Positions 1-9,530 of a stretch of DNA of 30,900 nt are shown piece after piece. The first letter of the stretch is position 1. The number at the start of each line of letters is the position of its first letter. The notes under the pieces were generated by a model. The model had not been told where the DNA came from. It saw nothing but the letters and a program-made list of their open reading frames with translations, and did not search any database. Origin of the DNA: a virus (Duplodnaviria; Caudoviricetes); IMG/VR virus record IMGVR_UViG_3300032243_000352, positions 1-30,900 of that record; one strand, written 5' to 3'. Both the position numbers and the translations under genes were made by a program.

Positions 1-950
1 CCTGGGTTATACGAGTCCATTTTTTCACAAGTGTACGGGCCTTTAATCTCACTCGCTTTTTTCTCTGTTGCTTCGTGGCTATAATCAGGATGCCCATCAC
101 TAACTGCATGTATTGCAGTATCCTTGTCTACACAGAACGCCGCAATACTCAACACCGCCCGCCATCTAGGCTCGTCCATACTTTCTTGGTTCTCAACTAA
201 ATCTTTAATCTGATTACAACCTTGACCATTAATGGTCTTAATCATAATTGTCTTAAATCTACTTTGTTGATTACTTTTTGCAAGCTTAGCCGACTCATTA
301 AAAGATTGCTTAATATGGCTAGGAGCAATCAATATACCTAAAGTTTTAACAATATCTTTGTACGCTAATTTTTTAGACTTAGCTAATATTGATGTAGGTA
401 ACGGAGGGTCTTGTTTAAAGTTAAGGGTTTCGGGGACTCTTAAAACCGATGCACTTTCAGCAGTCCTTGAAGGGTCAGCTTTAAACTGATGGTCTTCGCA
501 TAAACGCTTTATGTGCTTAGCAACCGGTATCCATTGTTCACGGCTTATAACCTCATTTAATTCCCAGTAAGCATGAATACCTCTACCCGAGTCTACTACC
601 GTAGGTAGGTTTAGTTTAATCTTTAAACAAAACGCTGCTAAAGCCTCTAAACCTATTGCTTGAGTTGCGTATGGCTTACCTACACCGCAATCAATATCCA
701 ACCAAAAGCTTTTAAAATACGCACTATTTTTTTGTGTACGTCCTTCGTCTTCGTCTACGTATTTAGCGCAACCAAAATACACACTAAAGTTTTTAGATAA
801 TAAGTCATCAACTTGAACGGTTACTTCTTGTAGTGTTTTGTAAAATGCTTGGATTGGGGTCTTGCTTTTGTCATCTTTTAACCCAAGTATGCAGTAGTAT
901 CCTATTCCTTCAGGGGGCAATACTCTATTCAATAAATCTATTGTTGCCAT
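1..950 (-). CDS. DNA primase (AEP/RepB-like primase domain), runs off the window start
   Basis: Not in the ORF track. My translation from ATG 950 (MATIDLLNRVLPPEG) contains FWLDIDCG (DxD), PTVVDSGRGIHAYW and LRVPETLNFK, and stays open to the edge (GPYTCEKMDSYNP). Confidence 0.8.
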   Translation of the reverse strand, partial: MATIDLLNRVLPPEGIGYYCILGLKDDKSKTPIQAFYKTLQEVTVQVDDLLSKNFSVYFGCAKYVDEDEGRTQKNSAYFKSFWLDIDCGVGKPYATQAIGLEALAAFCLKIKLNLPTVVDSGRGIHAYWELNEVISREQWIPVAKHIKRLCEDHQFKADPSRTAESASVLRVPETLNFKQDPPLPTSILAKSKKLAYKDIVKTLGILIAPSHIKQSFNESAKLAKSNQQSRFKTIMIKTINGQGCNQIKDLVENQESMDEPRWRAVLSIAAFCVDKDTAIHAVSDGHPDYSHEATEKKASEIKGPYTCEKMDSYNP

Positions 951-963
951 ATATTGCCCGTTG

Positions 964-1206
964 TTAAATACTAAATTTAGCTTTATTTAGTAGCTTGGTT
1001 ATTTTTTCGGCTCTCTTCTTGTGCGGTACTGATTTACCAACAAACCAATAGTACAAAGTCATTTTTGAAACACCTAACTTTTCTGCCATGTCAAAGACTG
1101 ATATATTCTTGGCAATACAGTACCTACCCAACTGCACCCCTACTAATTCGGGGTTTGCAGCTAGGTTAGCTTTTACAAGTTGATAGCTATATCCTCTTAG
1201 ACTCAT
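964..1206 (-). CDS. Cro/XRE-like helix-turn-helix protein
   Basis: 80 aa with SVFDMAEKLGVSKMTLYYWFVGKSVP, an HTH pattern. Confidence 0.75.
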   Translation of the reverse strand: MSLRGYSYQLVKANLAANPELVGVQLGRYCIAKNISVFDMAEKLGVSKMTLYYWFVGKSVPHKKRAEKITKLLNKAKFSI

Positions 1207-2111
1207 TCGTCTTCATCAGAGTGCGCCCACGCACCTAGAATGTTGGCAATGTCTTTCTTAGGAGCAGGCTCAGCTTTCTTTTCTTGCTTCTTCTTTGGCT
1301 CGGCTATACCGTCATCTCCGACTTCAGCTTCAGCTTTAACTTTAGGTTCAGCTTTAGGGGCCGGTAAAGCCTTGGCTGTAACACCATCAGTTTGCGCAAC
1401 CGTCATAGTCACAGCTTTTTTAGCAGGCTCTGATTCTTGTTGGCGCTTAGCAATAATAGACTCATCTTCTTCAAGGAATCTTGTTGGACGGAAGAATAAC
1501 TTACCAACAGTTGCATCTTCATCAAAACTCATCTCAGTAACTAAGTTGCTTAAACTAAACCCTTGAGAACCTACGTAGTTTGCATACTGATCAAACGGCA
1601 TGTGGTCTAAATCGCCTGGGTCTTTCTTGCTATAAGAGAATGACTTAGATTTCAATTCCATCTGAAACACATCACCTTCAAGATCGTTTGCTAATACAAC
1701 TGCAATACGACGACTAAATCTACAAGCCTTAGTCTTACCTTGACCCGAGCCCTCAATGTTTTTAGGACAGCTATCGCAGTTAGTATGCTGTGGTTCTGCA
1801 ATAGATACATCAGGTGTTCTGCCATTAGGTGACCAGCAGTCAGGTGAAGTTGCATCACCATCAGGGTCATACGCAGTCATGTAAAACGTACGAGATACTT
1901 CGGGTGAAGCGTTAACGACTACAACTTCCATTTTATTGGTAGCGCTTTTAGATATTTCTTCACCACCAATTTTAAGTACAAACTTATTGTTGCCAAGCGC
2001 AATACGTTTGAGTTTGTTGCCACCTTTTACTAAGGCTTTAGTAACTTCATCTAACTCTACATTCTTTAGATATGCAGGTATATTGTTTTTAAAAAGTGCT
2101 AATCCACTCAT
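1203..2111 (-). CDS. Putative ssDNA-binding protein with Cys cluster
   Basis: Four Cys (PDCWS, CDSCPKN, KACRF), Lys/Glu/Pro linker and acidic tail (SDEDE), located in the replication module. Confidence 0.5.
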   Translation of the reverse strand: MSGLALFKNNIPAYLKNVELDEVTKALVKGGNKLKRIALGNNKFVLKIGGEEISKSATNKMEVVVVNASPEVSRTFYMTAYDPDGDATSPDCWSPNGRTPDVSIAEPQHTNCDSCPKNIEGSGQGKTKACRFSRRIAVVLANDLEGDVFQMELKSKSFSYSKKDPGDLDHMPFDQYANYVGSQGFSLSNLVTEMSFDEDATVGKLFFRPTRFLEEDESIIAKRQQESEPAKKAVTMTVAQTDGVTAKALPAPKAEPKVKAEAEVGDDGIAEPKKKQEKKAEPAPKKDIANILGAWAHSDEDE

Positions 2112-2503
2112 TTGCTTCTCCTTACGGTAATTGAATATGCGTTGTCCACATTGAGTCCGGGTGGCAACAAATCCGGATTTTCTTCTAAGAAAGTTTTTGT
2201 ATTAGTTTGATGGATGCGTTTCTCTAACAACTCAGGTACTTTATGCTCAAATACAAACTCATAAAACTTTTCCCAATTGTTAGTAGTGAATCTACTCTTA
2301 ACAGTACGCATCGCTAAACCATGCGAAGTTTTAATGCTATCAGCATCAATTGACTTACACATGTCTAAGAGTTCTTGCTCGATTATGTCTATCTGTGATT
2401 CTAGTTCAGCGTTCTGAGCATCAAATTCACGCTTAAGCTTTTCTTTAGCATCACGGATTTTGAGGTAGACGGAGACTAGTTGATCGGCTGATAATTCTGC
2501 CAT
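2108..2503 (-). CDS. Hypothetical replication-module protein, N-terminal coiled coil
   Basis: 131 aa with RBS (AAAGGGA) and an ATGA overlap with the next gene. Confidence 0.7.
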   Translation of the reverse strand: MAELSADQLVSVYLKIRDAKEKLKREFDAQNAELESQIDIIEQELLDMCKSIDADSIKTSHGLAMRTVKSRFTTNNWEKFYEFVFEHKVPELLEKRIHQTNTKTFLEENPDLLPPGLNVDNAYSITVRRSK

Positions 2504-2558
2504 TTTTAATTCCCTTTCAAGTTATTTAAAATTACACAGGTCTATGCCTGTTGTTATG

Positions 2559-2586
2559 ATTATATACTAAAACTTTACTGTGTCAA
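2559..2586 (-). promoter_or_regulatory. Sigma70-type promoter
   Basis: TTGACA (2586-2581), 16 bp, TATAAT (2564-2559), upstream of ORF 2503. Confidence 0.7.
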
Positions 2587-4145
2587 GTTTTATTTTCATT
2601 TATTTCGTTGTTGTACAAGTCAATAATTTGAGTGTGAACATCAAGCTTATTCTGCAACATATTATATAGTCTTGTCTCTACGGGACTACCCTTAATGTGG
2701 ACTACAGTCATCTTGTTCTTCTGTCCTTGCCTGTCTATGCGGGCATTGGCTTGCAAATAAGTTTCTATTGAAGTTACTGGGGAGTACCATACGATTGTAT
2801 CAGCAGCAGTTAGTGTGACACCGTGTGACGCGGCTTGAGGTTGGATGACAAGAACCTTGGGGTCTGGTTGTGTTTGAAAAAGATTAAATATCTCGGTGCG
2901 CCTATTGACGGCCACGCTACCGTTGATAACTTCACAAGTAATACCTGCCCCTCTCAAATGCACTTTGAGTAATTCTATTGTATGCGTAAAAGGCACAAAC
3001 ACAAGGACTTTATTAGTGGACTCATTGATAACTTCTTCAATAACTCGTAAGCGATTAGAAACATCAAACTCAAGTATGGTATTGCTATCAGTATAAACAG
3101 CACCACCGCTAAGCTGTAAGAGTTTGTTGAGGTTAACTGCGGCATTGACGGTGCTAACCTCTTCCCCTGCTGCCACCATAAGCATTTGGTCTCTAAGGAT
3201 TTTATAGAATTTAAGTTGTTGGGGGGTGAGTGGGGCATCTCTAAAGACATGTGTAATCTCCGGCAGGTCTAAGCACTCGGCTTTAGTAAACCGTATTGCT
3301 GGTTGTAAAGTCTCGTACACGATAAGGTTAGCGTTAGGTCTAGGTATCCATTTAAACTCAGTTATTTGAGCCATTACCCTGTCTCTAAACGCACCGAAAA
3401 ATCTGTCGACATTGTGGGGAACACATAGCTTAGCTAAACCGTAAGCATCAGTTGGACTTTGAGCTGCCGGTGTTCCCGTCATTAACCACAACCATGTATC
3501 GGGGGTAATTAATCTGTTAAGAGTCTTCCATCGTTTTGTACCAACAGTTTTGTACGCATTGGCTTCATCAATAATAATTAAGTCAAACCTACCTTTAGCA
3601 ATAGCTTCTGCAACAATCTCAACACCGTCGTAGTTAATCACAACATAATCGGCATCGCTTTCAATAATAGCTTTGCGTTTATTTCTGTTGCCGTAAGCTA
3701 TACCAACTTTGCGGTGTAGTGCAAACTTGAACAAGTCGGCTTGCCATGCTGATTGCATAATAGACAAGGGGCATATGATTAGTACACGACGTATTTTCTT
3801 TGCGGTTAATAGGTAGTCTGATGCCCATATTGCTGATGCAGTCTTGCCTGTACCTTGTTCGTTAAAACAAAACCCTCTTTGGTTTGTTGTCAAAAAGTTA
3901 GCGGTATCCCGTTGGTGTTGCATAGGTGGGAATACTCCAGGCCACTTATACTCACGATGGATTGGTGAAGGTACTTTTTTAATTTTAAGTTTAATTAATG
4001 CTTGAACTTCTTCTAGACCCCAATTAACGGCAACTCGATATAGGTCACCGTTGGTTTCAAGTACCTTACTATTAGGGATGCACTCCGTAATTAAATGTGG
4101 TCTACGTGTGTTTACAACTAGCGTGTTGTTATTTAGTATTTCCAT
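2583..4145 (-). CDS. SNF2-like superfamily 2 helicase
   Basis: Motifs EQGTGKT, IIIDEAN, MTGTP, SHGVTLT and QANARIDRQGQ. Confidence 0.9.
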   Translation of the reverse strand: MEILNNNTLVVNTRRPHLITECIPNSKVLETNGDLYRVAVNWGLEEVQALIKLKIKKVPSPIHREYKWPGVFPPMQHQRDTANFLTTNQRGFCFNEQGTGKTASAIWASDYLLTAKKIRRVLIICPLSIMQSAWQADLFKFALHRKVGIAYGNRNKRKAIIESDADYVVINYDGVEIVAEAIAKGRFDLIIIDEANAYKTVGTKRWKTLNRLITPDTWLWLMTGTPAAQSPTDAYGLAKLCVPHNVDRFFGAFRDRVMAQITEFKWIPRPNANLIVYETLQPAIRFTKAECLDLPEITHVFRDAPLTPQQLKFYKILRDQMLMVAAGEEVSTVNAAVNLNKLLQLSGGAVYTDSNTILEFDVSNRLRVIEEVINESTNKVLVFVPFTHTIELLKVHLRGAGITCEVINGSVAVNRRTEIFNLFQTQPDPKVLVIQPQAASHGVTLTAADTIVWYSPVTSIETYLQANARIDRQGQKNKMTVVHIKGSPVETRLYNMLQNKLDVHTQIIDLYNNEINENKT

Positions 4146-4416
4146 TTTTTGGTTTATTCTTCTTTACCGTGTGGTCTGAGTTTCGGGAGAAGGAACGGTT
4201 CTCGCTAGGGGTTCTGAGTCTAAGATTTGATTTAGCATTTGTGCCGCCTTTACTGAGCGGTATCGCATGATCAATGTCTTTTCCAGTTCGATCAATTCCT
4301 TTTGAGTCCATCTCGTACCTTGCCCTTGCACGGGCATTGCGTGAAGGTTGCTCATTTCGTTCCTTCTGTTGTTGATATTCCTTCTTGTATGGGCGGGGCT
4401 TGTTCACATATGCCAT
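4129..4416 (-). CDS. HNH endonuclease family protein
   Basis: DIDHAIPLSKGGTNAKSNLR...ENR. Start moved to MAYVNK at 4416 because of an upstream GAGGA. Confidence 0.75.
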   Translation of the reverse strand: MAYVNKPRPYKKEYQQQKERNEQPSRNARARARYEMDSKGIDRTGKDIDHAIPLSKGGTNAKSNLRLRTPSENRSFSRNSDHTVKKNKPKNGNTK

Positions 4417-4561
4417 TTTTATCCTCATCTTTCGTGTATAGATAGACTGCTCCATCGGGCAGTTCTAAACATTTTACCTTTAAAAGCGCTTTCAATTCTT
4501 CATTTTCTTTAGCAAGTTTTGATACTTGAGAGTTTAATTGGGCTAACATTTCAATTATCAT
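4352..4561 (-). CDS. Hypothetical protein
   Basis: 69 aa with RBS (GAGTGAGGA), starts 3 nt after the upstream stop and overlaps the HNH start. Confidence 0.5.
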   Translation of the reverse strand: MIIEMLAQLNSQVSKLAKENEELKALLKVKCLELPDGAVYLYTKDEDKNGICEQAPPIQEGISTTEGTK

Positions 4562-4564
4562 TCC

Positions 4565-4873
4565 TCACTCCTTTATTTTCTCTGACATAGTTTCGGTAAG
4601 CGAAATCATCCAGTCGGTTACATCATTACCGCCTTCGACATAAAATCTTAGCCCGCCAAACTTTGACTTAACTTGTGTAGCTACAACTTGCGGTACGTCT
4701 GTATGTGAGTTTAGATAGCTTTGAATTGAGTAGCATAAAGAATTTAGTAAATCATACCAACCATCGCCACACTCGAACCCCCAACACATACAAGTCTCAG
4801 TCATTGGCATATTACGTTGCGCAAATATTAATGGGTACTTAGCGCATAGTTTATCGTCTAGTTCTTGTTTCAT
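4565..4873 (-). CDS. Hypothetical phage protein
   Basis: Contains ECGDGW and QVKSKFGGLRFY, a motif I recognise from phage hypotheticals. ATGA coupling. Confidence 0.7.
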   Translation of the reverse strand: MKQELDDKLCAKYPLIFAQRNMPMTETCMCWGFECGDGWYDLLNSLCYSIQSYLNSHTDVPQVVATQVKSKFGGLRFYVEGGNDVTDWMISLTETMSEKIKE

Positions 4874-5079
4874 TCTTCGTTTTTCCTAACATATTTTCTT
4901 TTACCAATACTAGCAATACCTGCTTCAGTTTTACCTTTGCGTGCCTCAAGCATTGCGTCAGCCATTGTATAAGCGTTTTCGGCTACTTGTTCAACAATGT
5001 CTTTGTTTATACCTCTACTAACTATTGCGTTCATTGCAAACATAGCAAAGCAATCCCTCAAATCATCTTCGCCTATCAT
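4870..5079 (-). CDS. Hypothetical phage protein
   Basis: LRDCFAMFAM...AYTMADAMLEAR pattern. ATG 5079 overlaps the nuclease stop. Confidence 0.7.
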   Translation of the reverse strand: MIGEDDLRDCFAMFAMNAIVSRGINKDIVEQVAENAYTMADAMLEARKGKTEAGIASIGKRKYVRKNEE

Positions 5080-5741
5080 TTCCAATGTCCTTTTCCGTTA
5101 TGTTCACAGTCCATTACTGGACAAAATTTCCTACATGTAAAATTAGGCTTAGCGTTCCACACGTCGTTGTCGTGCGATTGCTGTAACCTATCCGTTTCTT
5201 GTATCCATTTGAGCCATGACTTTGACTCAACTTCTTTTTTGTATGAAGCAGTTACTAAATCTTCAGCAACCAAGAAAGCAAGCCCAGCTTTAACTTTTGT
5301 TATCTGAGAGAAGTGTTTAAACACCGCCAATGCCATCAGTTCTAGTTGTTTAACATCGGCATACTGTGAACTCTTGCCTGTTTTATAGTCAACAATATGT
5401 GCAATATCGTCTTGAATTACAAGCAAGTCAGCCACACCCCTGAACCAAACATCCTCGCCAAAGAAATCGCAAGGCTTTAAATCTTGCGTCAAACCCATTT
5501 TGTATTCGCATAGCTTTTCACCCGGGATCTTCTTTAACATATCCAATGCTGGCGTAATGTATGAGAACTTCTCAGGGATCTCTACACCATCTTTAATATA
5601 CTCTTCTGCAACCTTATGCACGAGGGTACCGTAACGCATTGCATCTGACTCGGGCTCAACAATATCCTTGATAACTTTCAAGTGGTAATACTTGCGAGGG
5701 CATTGTTGGAACAAACTAATTGAGGAATATGACCACTTCAT
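5076..5741 (-). CDS. PD-(D/E)XK Cas4/RecB-like exonuclease
   Basis: SYSS..CPRKY, GTLVH, GVADL, VDYKTG, QLELMA and C-terminal CRKFCPVMDC (1+3 Cys pattern). Confidence 0.88.
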   Translation of the reverse strand: MKWSYSSISLFQQCPRKYYHLKVIKDIVEPESDAMRYGTLVHKVAEEYIKDGVEIPEKFSYITPALDMLKKIPGEKLCEYKMGLTQDLKPCDFFGEDVWFRGVADLLVIQDDIAHIVDYKTGKSSQYADVKQLELMALAVFKHFSQITKVKAGLAFLVAEDLVTASYKKEVESKSWLKWIQETDRLQQSHDNDVWNAKPNFTCRKFCPVMDCEHNGKGHWK

Positions 5742-5932
5742 TATTTATCCAAGAAAGGTATTTTGTTTTTGCTTTGAATATGCGCATAATAATCTAACTG
5801 TACCTTAGCAGAATTAATCATCTTACCTGCAATGTTGGCTAATTCAGATGCGTCATTGTGTTTAATTGTTCCACCACGTAAATCGGCAAATACTTGTGAT
5901 AGTTGGTCTCTTAGTTCACTTACGTTTTTCAT
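5741..5932 (-). CDS. Hypothetical protein
   Basis: 63 aa, translationally coupled at both ends. Confidence 0.65.
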   Translation of the reverse strand: MKNVSELRDQLSQVFADLRGGTIKHNDASELANIAGKMINSAKVQLDYYAHIQSKNKIPFLDK

Positions 5933-6309
5933 TTGTTTAACTCCCTTTTAATTAAAATTTGTAATCGTTTTGCTTCAAGTAACTCAATAGGTATAGCTAC
6001 GTTTTTAAGGCTACCATCTTTTTTTAACAGTTCTCGAACGTACTTTAACTCGACATTTACTATTTTTTTACGTCCACGTTCTATGCCGTTTTTTATGTAA
6101 TCTTGTTTTTTAATTTGTTTGTATCGTTCTATAATTTCAGGTCTAACATAATACTTTTTATTTTTTACGCTTATTTTGTCGTAGTTCTCAGCATAATATT
6201 TTCTACACGAGATACGATTTTTTTCTAAATTACGAGTTGCTCTACGCTTTGCCTTAAATTCTTCAGTAGAACGATAAGCTTTTTGCCATGCTTTTCTATC
6301 AAACGCCAT
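5929..6309 (-). CDS. Basic Lys/Arg-rich hypothetical protein
   Basis: ATG 6309 overlaps the polymerase stop (TGATG). AT-rich. Confidence 0.6.
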   Translation of the reverse strand: MAFDRKAWQKAYRSTEEFKAKRRATRNLEKNRISCRKYYAENYDKISVKNKKYYVRPEIIERYKQIKKQDYIKNGIERGRKKIVNVELKYVRELLKKDGSLKNVAIPIELLEAKRLQILIKRELNK

Positions 6310-8138
6310 CACAACCCCCATTTCTCTATTGATTTTTTCTTACTACAGTCGGCGTAGCTCTTACCTGCACCTATCTCGCAAGCAAGAGGTAATGTCTGCG
6401 CCCACCACGGTCTCCAACTCATACAATGATGTATGTACCTTATAGCTTCGTCGTGTTCTTCTTCGGGTACGACTGCCATGACCGCATCGTGAACAGTAAG
6501 TGCTACCTTGTATCGTTTAGCTATACGCAACATCTGCTCACCAATAATGCACCGTGCTAAAGCTTGACATAAGTTTTCGACTACCTTCCCACCATAAATC
6601 TTTACACGACCACGCCTACTGCCATAACTATATCCATCGTCGTCTTTCTTTAAGTCGTGGTATCCGAGGGAAAGTCCCGAGGGTAATAAAAAACCTGATG
6701 CCGTAAGGCTAAGTGCTTGGGGTTGACACCCAACTGTATAAGTCTTTTTTTGTGCCATAGCGTCAAGTGAACGGTTAGCTTCTTTCCATAGTTCGGGTAT
6801 TCTTGGGTATGTTGCACGGTACACGTCAATGATTCTCTTCGCTTCCTGTTCCTCAATTTCCACACCAAAAGTTTTGAGTTGTATGGCAAACTTCGTTGCA
6901 CCCATGCCATAACCCGCACCGAGGATTGTCGTCTTACCCACGAACCTTTCCGCTTCCGTGATGTTTTCAACCGCTTTGTTGTAAATACTGCTCGCCATAA
7001 TTTTATAGACATCTTCCTTCCTTTCAAAAGCATCAACTAAATCTTGTTGACCAGCAAGCCACGCTACTGTCCTTGCTTCTATTTGGGACGAATCTGCATC
7101 GACAAGCACTTGTTTATTAGGGGCAACAATACTTGATTTAAGGAGGGATTTCCTCGGCAGATTTTGTAAATTAATTCCATCATCTCCTCCCCATCGTCCT
7201 GTATGGGCGGCGTAGTATCGTAAGGGGACGGGCATCTTGCCTCGAAGAGAGATATCAATGAATCGTTGAGTTCTTGTTTCTTCGAGAGTGCTTTTAGTTC
7301 CCAATCGTGCCGAGACAAGAGCCTGAACTCTCTCGTCGGAATGTTCTGCGAGGGCTTTAAAACCCTCATCGTTTTTAGCAAAGGCAAATGTTTGTTTTCC
7401 ATTAGCAGGGCTTACTTTTATCGGAGGTTCTACACCAAGACTTATAAGAAGTTCGGCAAACTTAGGGTTAGACATTAACGTATCTTTATCTGATATGCAA
7501 GCCTCAAGCAGTTCCTCTTTGCGCGCCTTAACACTATGTAAATGTTGTTCAAGTATAGGTGTGTCCAACCTAAGCACAGGCTCAGAATACATCTTAGTAG
7601 TTAGGTTAATAAGCTTTAATTCAGACAATGAAAAGCGCTGTGCTAGAACATTAAATAGTTTGTACGTTAGCTCTACGTCGTTCTTACAATAGCCACCATA
7701 CTTACGCAATTCATATTCCGTAAAATCTTCCAAGCGTTTACCTTTGGCATCGACTACCTCCGTGCCTTTAACTCCTAAGCTATACCGCTCGGCTAACTTT
7801 GCTAAACTATTCCCCACTTCTAACCCGTCTGTTGCTCTAGCCATAGACAATGTGTCTAACCATACCATAGGCTTGATACCATATACCCAAGATAATATAG
7901 CCCCATCAAACATAGCGTTATGAGCAAGAACAAAAGAAGTGCTAAAAGCATACCTACTAAACACAGTAGCCAAATCGTTATTTTTTCCATCAAACCATAC
8001 GGCGTCACCATCATTCTCCTTAATTGCTACACCAATAACTTGGAATCGCTCGTCACGGACGTATTCCTCCGTAGTACCCTTACTTAAACTAAAGTCTTGG
8101 GAATAGTACGTCTCAAAGTCTAAAGTGATTATGTTCAT
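6309..8138 (-). CDS. polA: Family A DNA polymerase with 3'-5' exonuclease domain
   Basis: Exo motifs LDFET, AHNAMFD and YCKND. Motif A DSSQIEAR, motif B RFVGKTTILGAGYG, motif C TVHDAV. Confidence 0.95.
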   Translation of the reverse strand: MNIITLDFETYYSQDFSLSKGTTEEYVRDERFQVIGVAIKENDGDAVWFDGKNNDLATVFSRYAFSTSFVLAHNAMFDGAILSWVYGIKPMVWLDTLSMARATDGLEVGNSLAKLAERYSLGVKGTEVVDAKGKRLEDFTEYELRKYGGYCKNDVELTYKLFNVLAQRFSLSELKLINLTTKMYSEPVLRLDTPILEQHLHSVKARKEELLEACISDKDTLMSNPKFAELLISLGVEPPIKVSPANGKQTFAFAKNDEGFKALAEHSDERVQALVSARLGTKSTLEETRTQRFIDISLRGKMPVPLRYYAAHTGRWGGDDGINLQNLPRKSLLKSSIVAPNKQVLVDADSSQIEARTVAWLAGQQDLVDAFERKEDVYKIMASSIYNKAVENITEAERFVGKTTILGAGYGMGATKFAIQLKTFGVEIEEQEAKRIIDVYRATYPRIPELWKEANRSLDAMAQKKTYTVGCQPQALSLTASGFLLPSGLSLGYHDLKKDDDGYSYGSRRGRVKIYGGKVVENLCQALARCIIGEQMLRIAKRYKVALTVHDAVMAVVPEEEHDEAIRYIHHCMSWRPWWAQTLPLACEIGAGKSYADCSKKKSIEKWGL

Positions 8139-8662
8139 TTAAATAACTTTTTAAAAGATTGCATTAAATCATTCTTTGTAACATCTTCATTAAACTTAAT
8201 AGGTGGAAGCCCTGTCCCTAGATTACCAAAACCTAATGCATGTTGAACCGTCGTCCCTTGTAGTTGGGTTGATTGTTGTCCAGCAAGTTGGTTGAGTGCA
8301 GAGTTTTGTGCTTGTTGGTATTGTGAAAGTTGACTGTAATATTGGTCTGTATCAGCATTGTATAAAACTCTTTGTGTATAAGGATTACCACCATGATTAG
8401 GTGGGCGAACAAGTTTATCTAGCGCTTCTTTGTCTTCTAAAGTCTCAGTAGTTAGTCGGTCTAATACTATCTCGGTTAACTCTGCTCTACGACACTCGGC
8501 AACACCATCCTCAAATGCTTTCCTATCTTCGGGGGTTAAAAAACGGTCAAAGTCACTAACTAAATTGCACCAACGACTAGCACGGTAAAACTCTTCGGGG
8601 TGCGTCTTCATTCGTTCGATCAGTATCTCTATGGCTGCGGTAAATTTTTGGGTTGAAGTCAT
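8135..8662 (-). CDS. Hypothetical protein (HPEEFY paralog 1, Gln-rich tail)
   Basis: 175 aa, ATGA overlap with the polymerase gene. Confidence 0.7.
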   Translation of the reverse strand: MTSTQKFTAAIEILIERMKTHPEEFYRASRWCNLVSDFDRFLTPEDRKAFEDGVAECRRAELTEIVLDRLTTETLEDKEALDKLVRPPNHGGNPYTQRVLYNADTDQYYSQLSQYQQAQNSALNQLAGQQSTQLQGTTVQHALGFGNLGTGLPPIKFNEDVTKNDLMQSFKKLFK

Positions 8663-8962
8663 TTATTTGTACCCCACTAAACCACCTTCAGGCATTACAG
8701 GTACCATTCCAAACTCAGCTTCGCTACTCTTCTTTTTATTACCCATCTTCATGCCTTCGGTCAGCGTTGCCATAACCTTGCCTGTAAACTCGGCTTTGCG
8801 AATTTCTTTAATCTTGTCAAAGATTAAACCCTTCTCGGTCTCGGTCATTGCGTCCCTAAAATATTCAGCGTAAATGAATTTCCATTTATCGTTTGAACTT
8901 GTGTAAAACTCTTCGGGATGGCTTTCCATCCTTGCTAATACTAAATCTACTCCATTACTCAT
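8663..8962 (-). CDS. Hypothetical protein (HPEEFY paralog 2)
   Basis: 99 aa with RBS AAAGGA, abuts the next gene. Confidence 0.7.
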   Translation of the reverse strand: MSNGVDLVLARMESHPEEFYTSSNDKWKFIYAEYFRDAMTETEKGLIFDKIKEIRKAEFTGKVMATLTEGMKMGNKKKSSEAEFGMVPVMPEGGLVGYK

Positions 8963-8979
8963 TTTGTTTCCTTTCGAGG

Positions 8980-9294
8980 CTATAGTGACGCAGTCGAGCC
9001 AGTTCCCCGCTCTTCCGCTAAAAACTTTGCAATTAAATTAATGTTGTCTTCGTTGATTATGAAAGTTACACCTCCTGCTTTAGTTATATCCCGTAGGTTT
9101 TTGAATTGCAATGCAGTCGGCTGATTGCTACCCGACTTAGTTTCGATTGCAACGAACTTGGAATTAATACACGCAATGATATCGGGGACACCCGACTTAC
9201 CATAGCCGTGCGTAGCAGGAAAGAAGTAGTATACTTTGTGTGCGTCAAGAATTTTAGTGACGGCTTTCTTTACCTTGGACTCTGGTGTTGTCAT
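8980..9294 (-). CDS. VRR-NUC domain nuclease (Holliday junction resolvase-like)
   Basis: PESKVK, SGVPDII, FVAIETK and PTALQ. Confidence 0.88.
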   Translation of the reverse strand: MTTPESKVKKAVTKILDAHKVYYFFPATHGYGKSGVPDIIACINSKFVAIETKSGSNQPTALQFKNLRDITKAGGVTFIINEDNINLIAKFLAEERGTGSTASL

Positions 9295-9332
9295 GGTTTC
9301 GATTTCTTTCTATGTAATTTAATTCTTTACAC

Positions 9333-9361
9333 AGTATAGTCTTAAACCGATAACAAGTCAA
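9333..9361 (-). promoter_or_regulatory. Sigma70-type promoter of the replication operon
   Basis: TTGACT (9361-9356), 17 bp, TATACT (9338-9333). Confidence 0.7.
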
Positions 9362-9388
9362 GATATTTGATAAGAACAAACTTTAGTC

Positions 9389-9417
9389 GGACAAAGTTAC
9401 GTTTTGTAACTTTGTCC
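9389..9417. repeat. 29-bp palindromic repeat, copy 1
   Basis: GGACAAAGTTAC GTTTT GTAACTTTGTCC, perfect 12-bp arms. Confidence 0.95.
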
Positions 9418-9420
9418 AAT

Positions 9421-9445
9421 AAAAAAGCCCTCATAAAGAGGGCTT
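9421..9445 (-). terminator. Rho-independent terminator
   Basis: AAGCCCTC/GAGGGCTT stem followed by a U-tract on the minus strand. Confidence 0.8.
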
Positions 9446-9449
9446 AGTG

Positions 9450-9530
9450 GGAATGCAAGGAAAAGTAGATTGCACACCTTGCTTGTGCTACGGAGGTCAT
9501 GTGGCTTTCGCCGTTCTTAATCTACATCAT
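9450..9530 (-). ncRNA. Candidate structured RNA (three-way junction plus pseudoknot)
   Basis: Complementary segments 9465-71/9519-25, 9472-76/9484-88, 9455-60/9477-82 and 9490-93/9511-14. Strand uncertain. Confidence 0.45.

Noticed and set aside
3560-3580. DEAN instead of DEAH in the helicase as a sign of inactivation
   Set aside because: The catalytic DE and the other motifs are intact.
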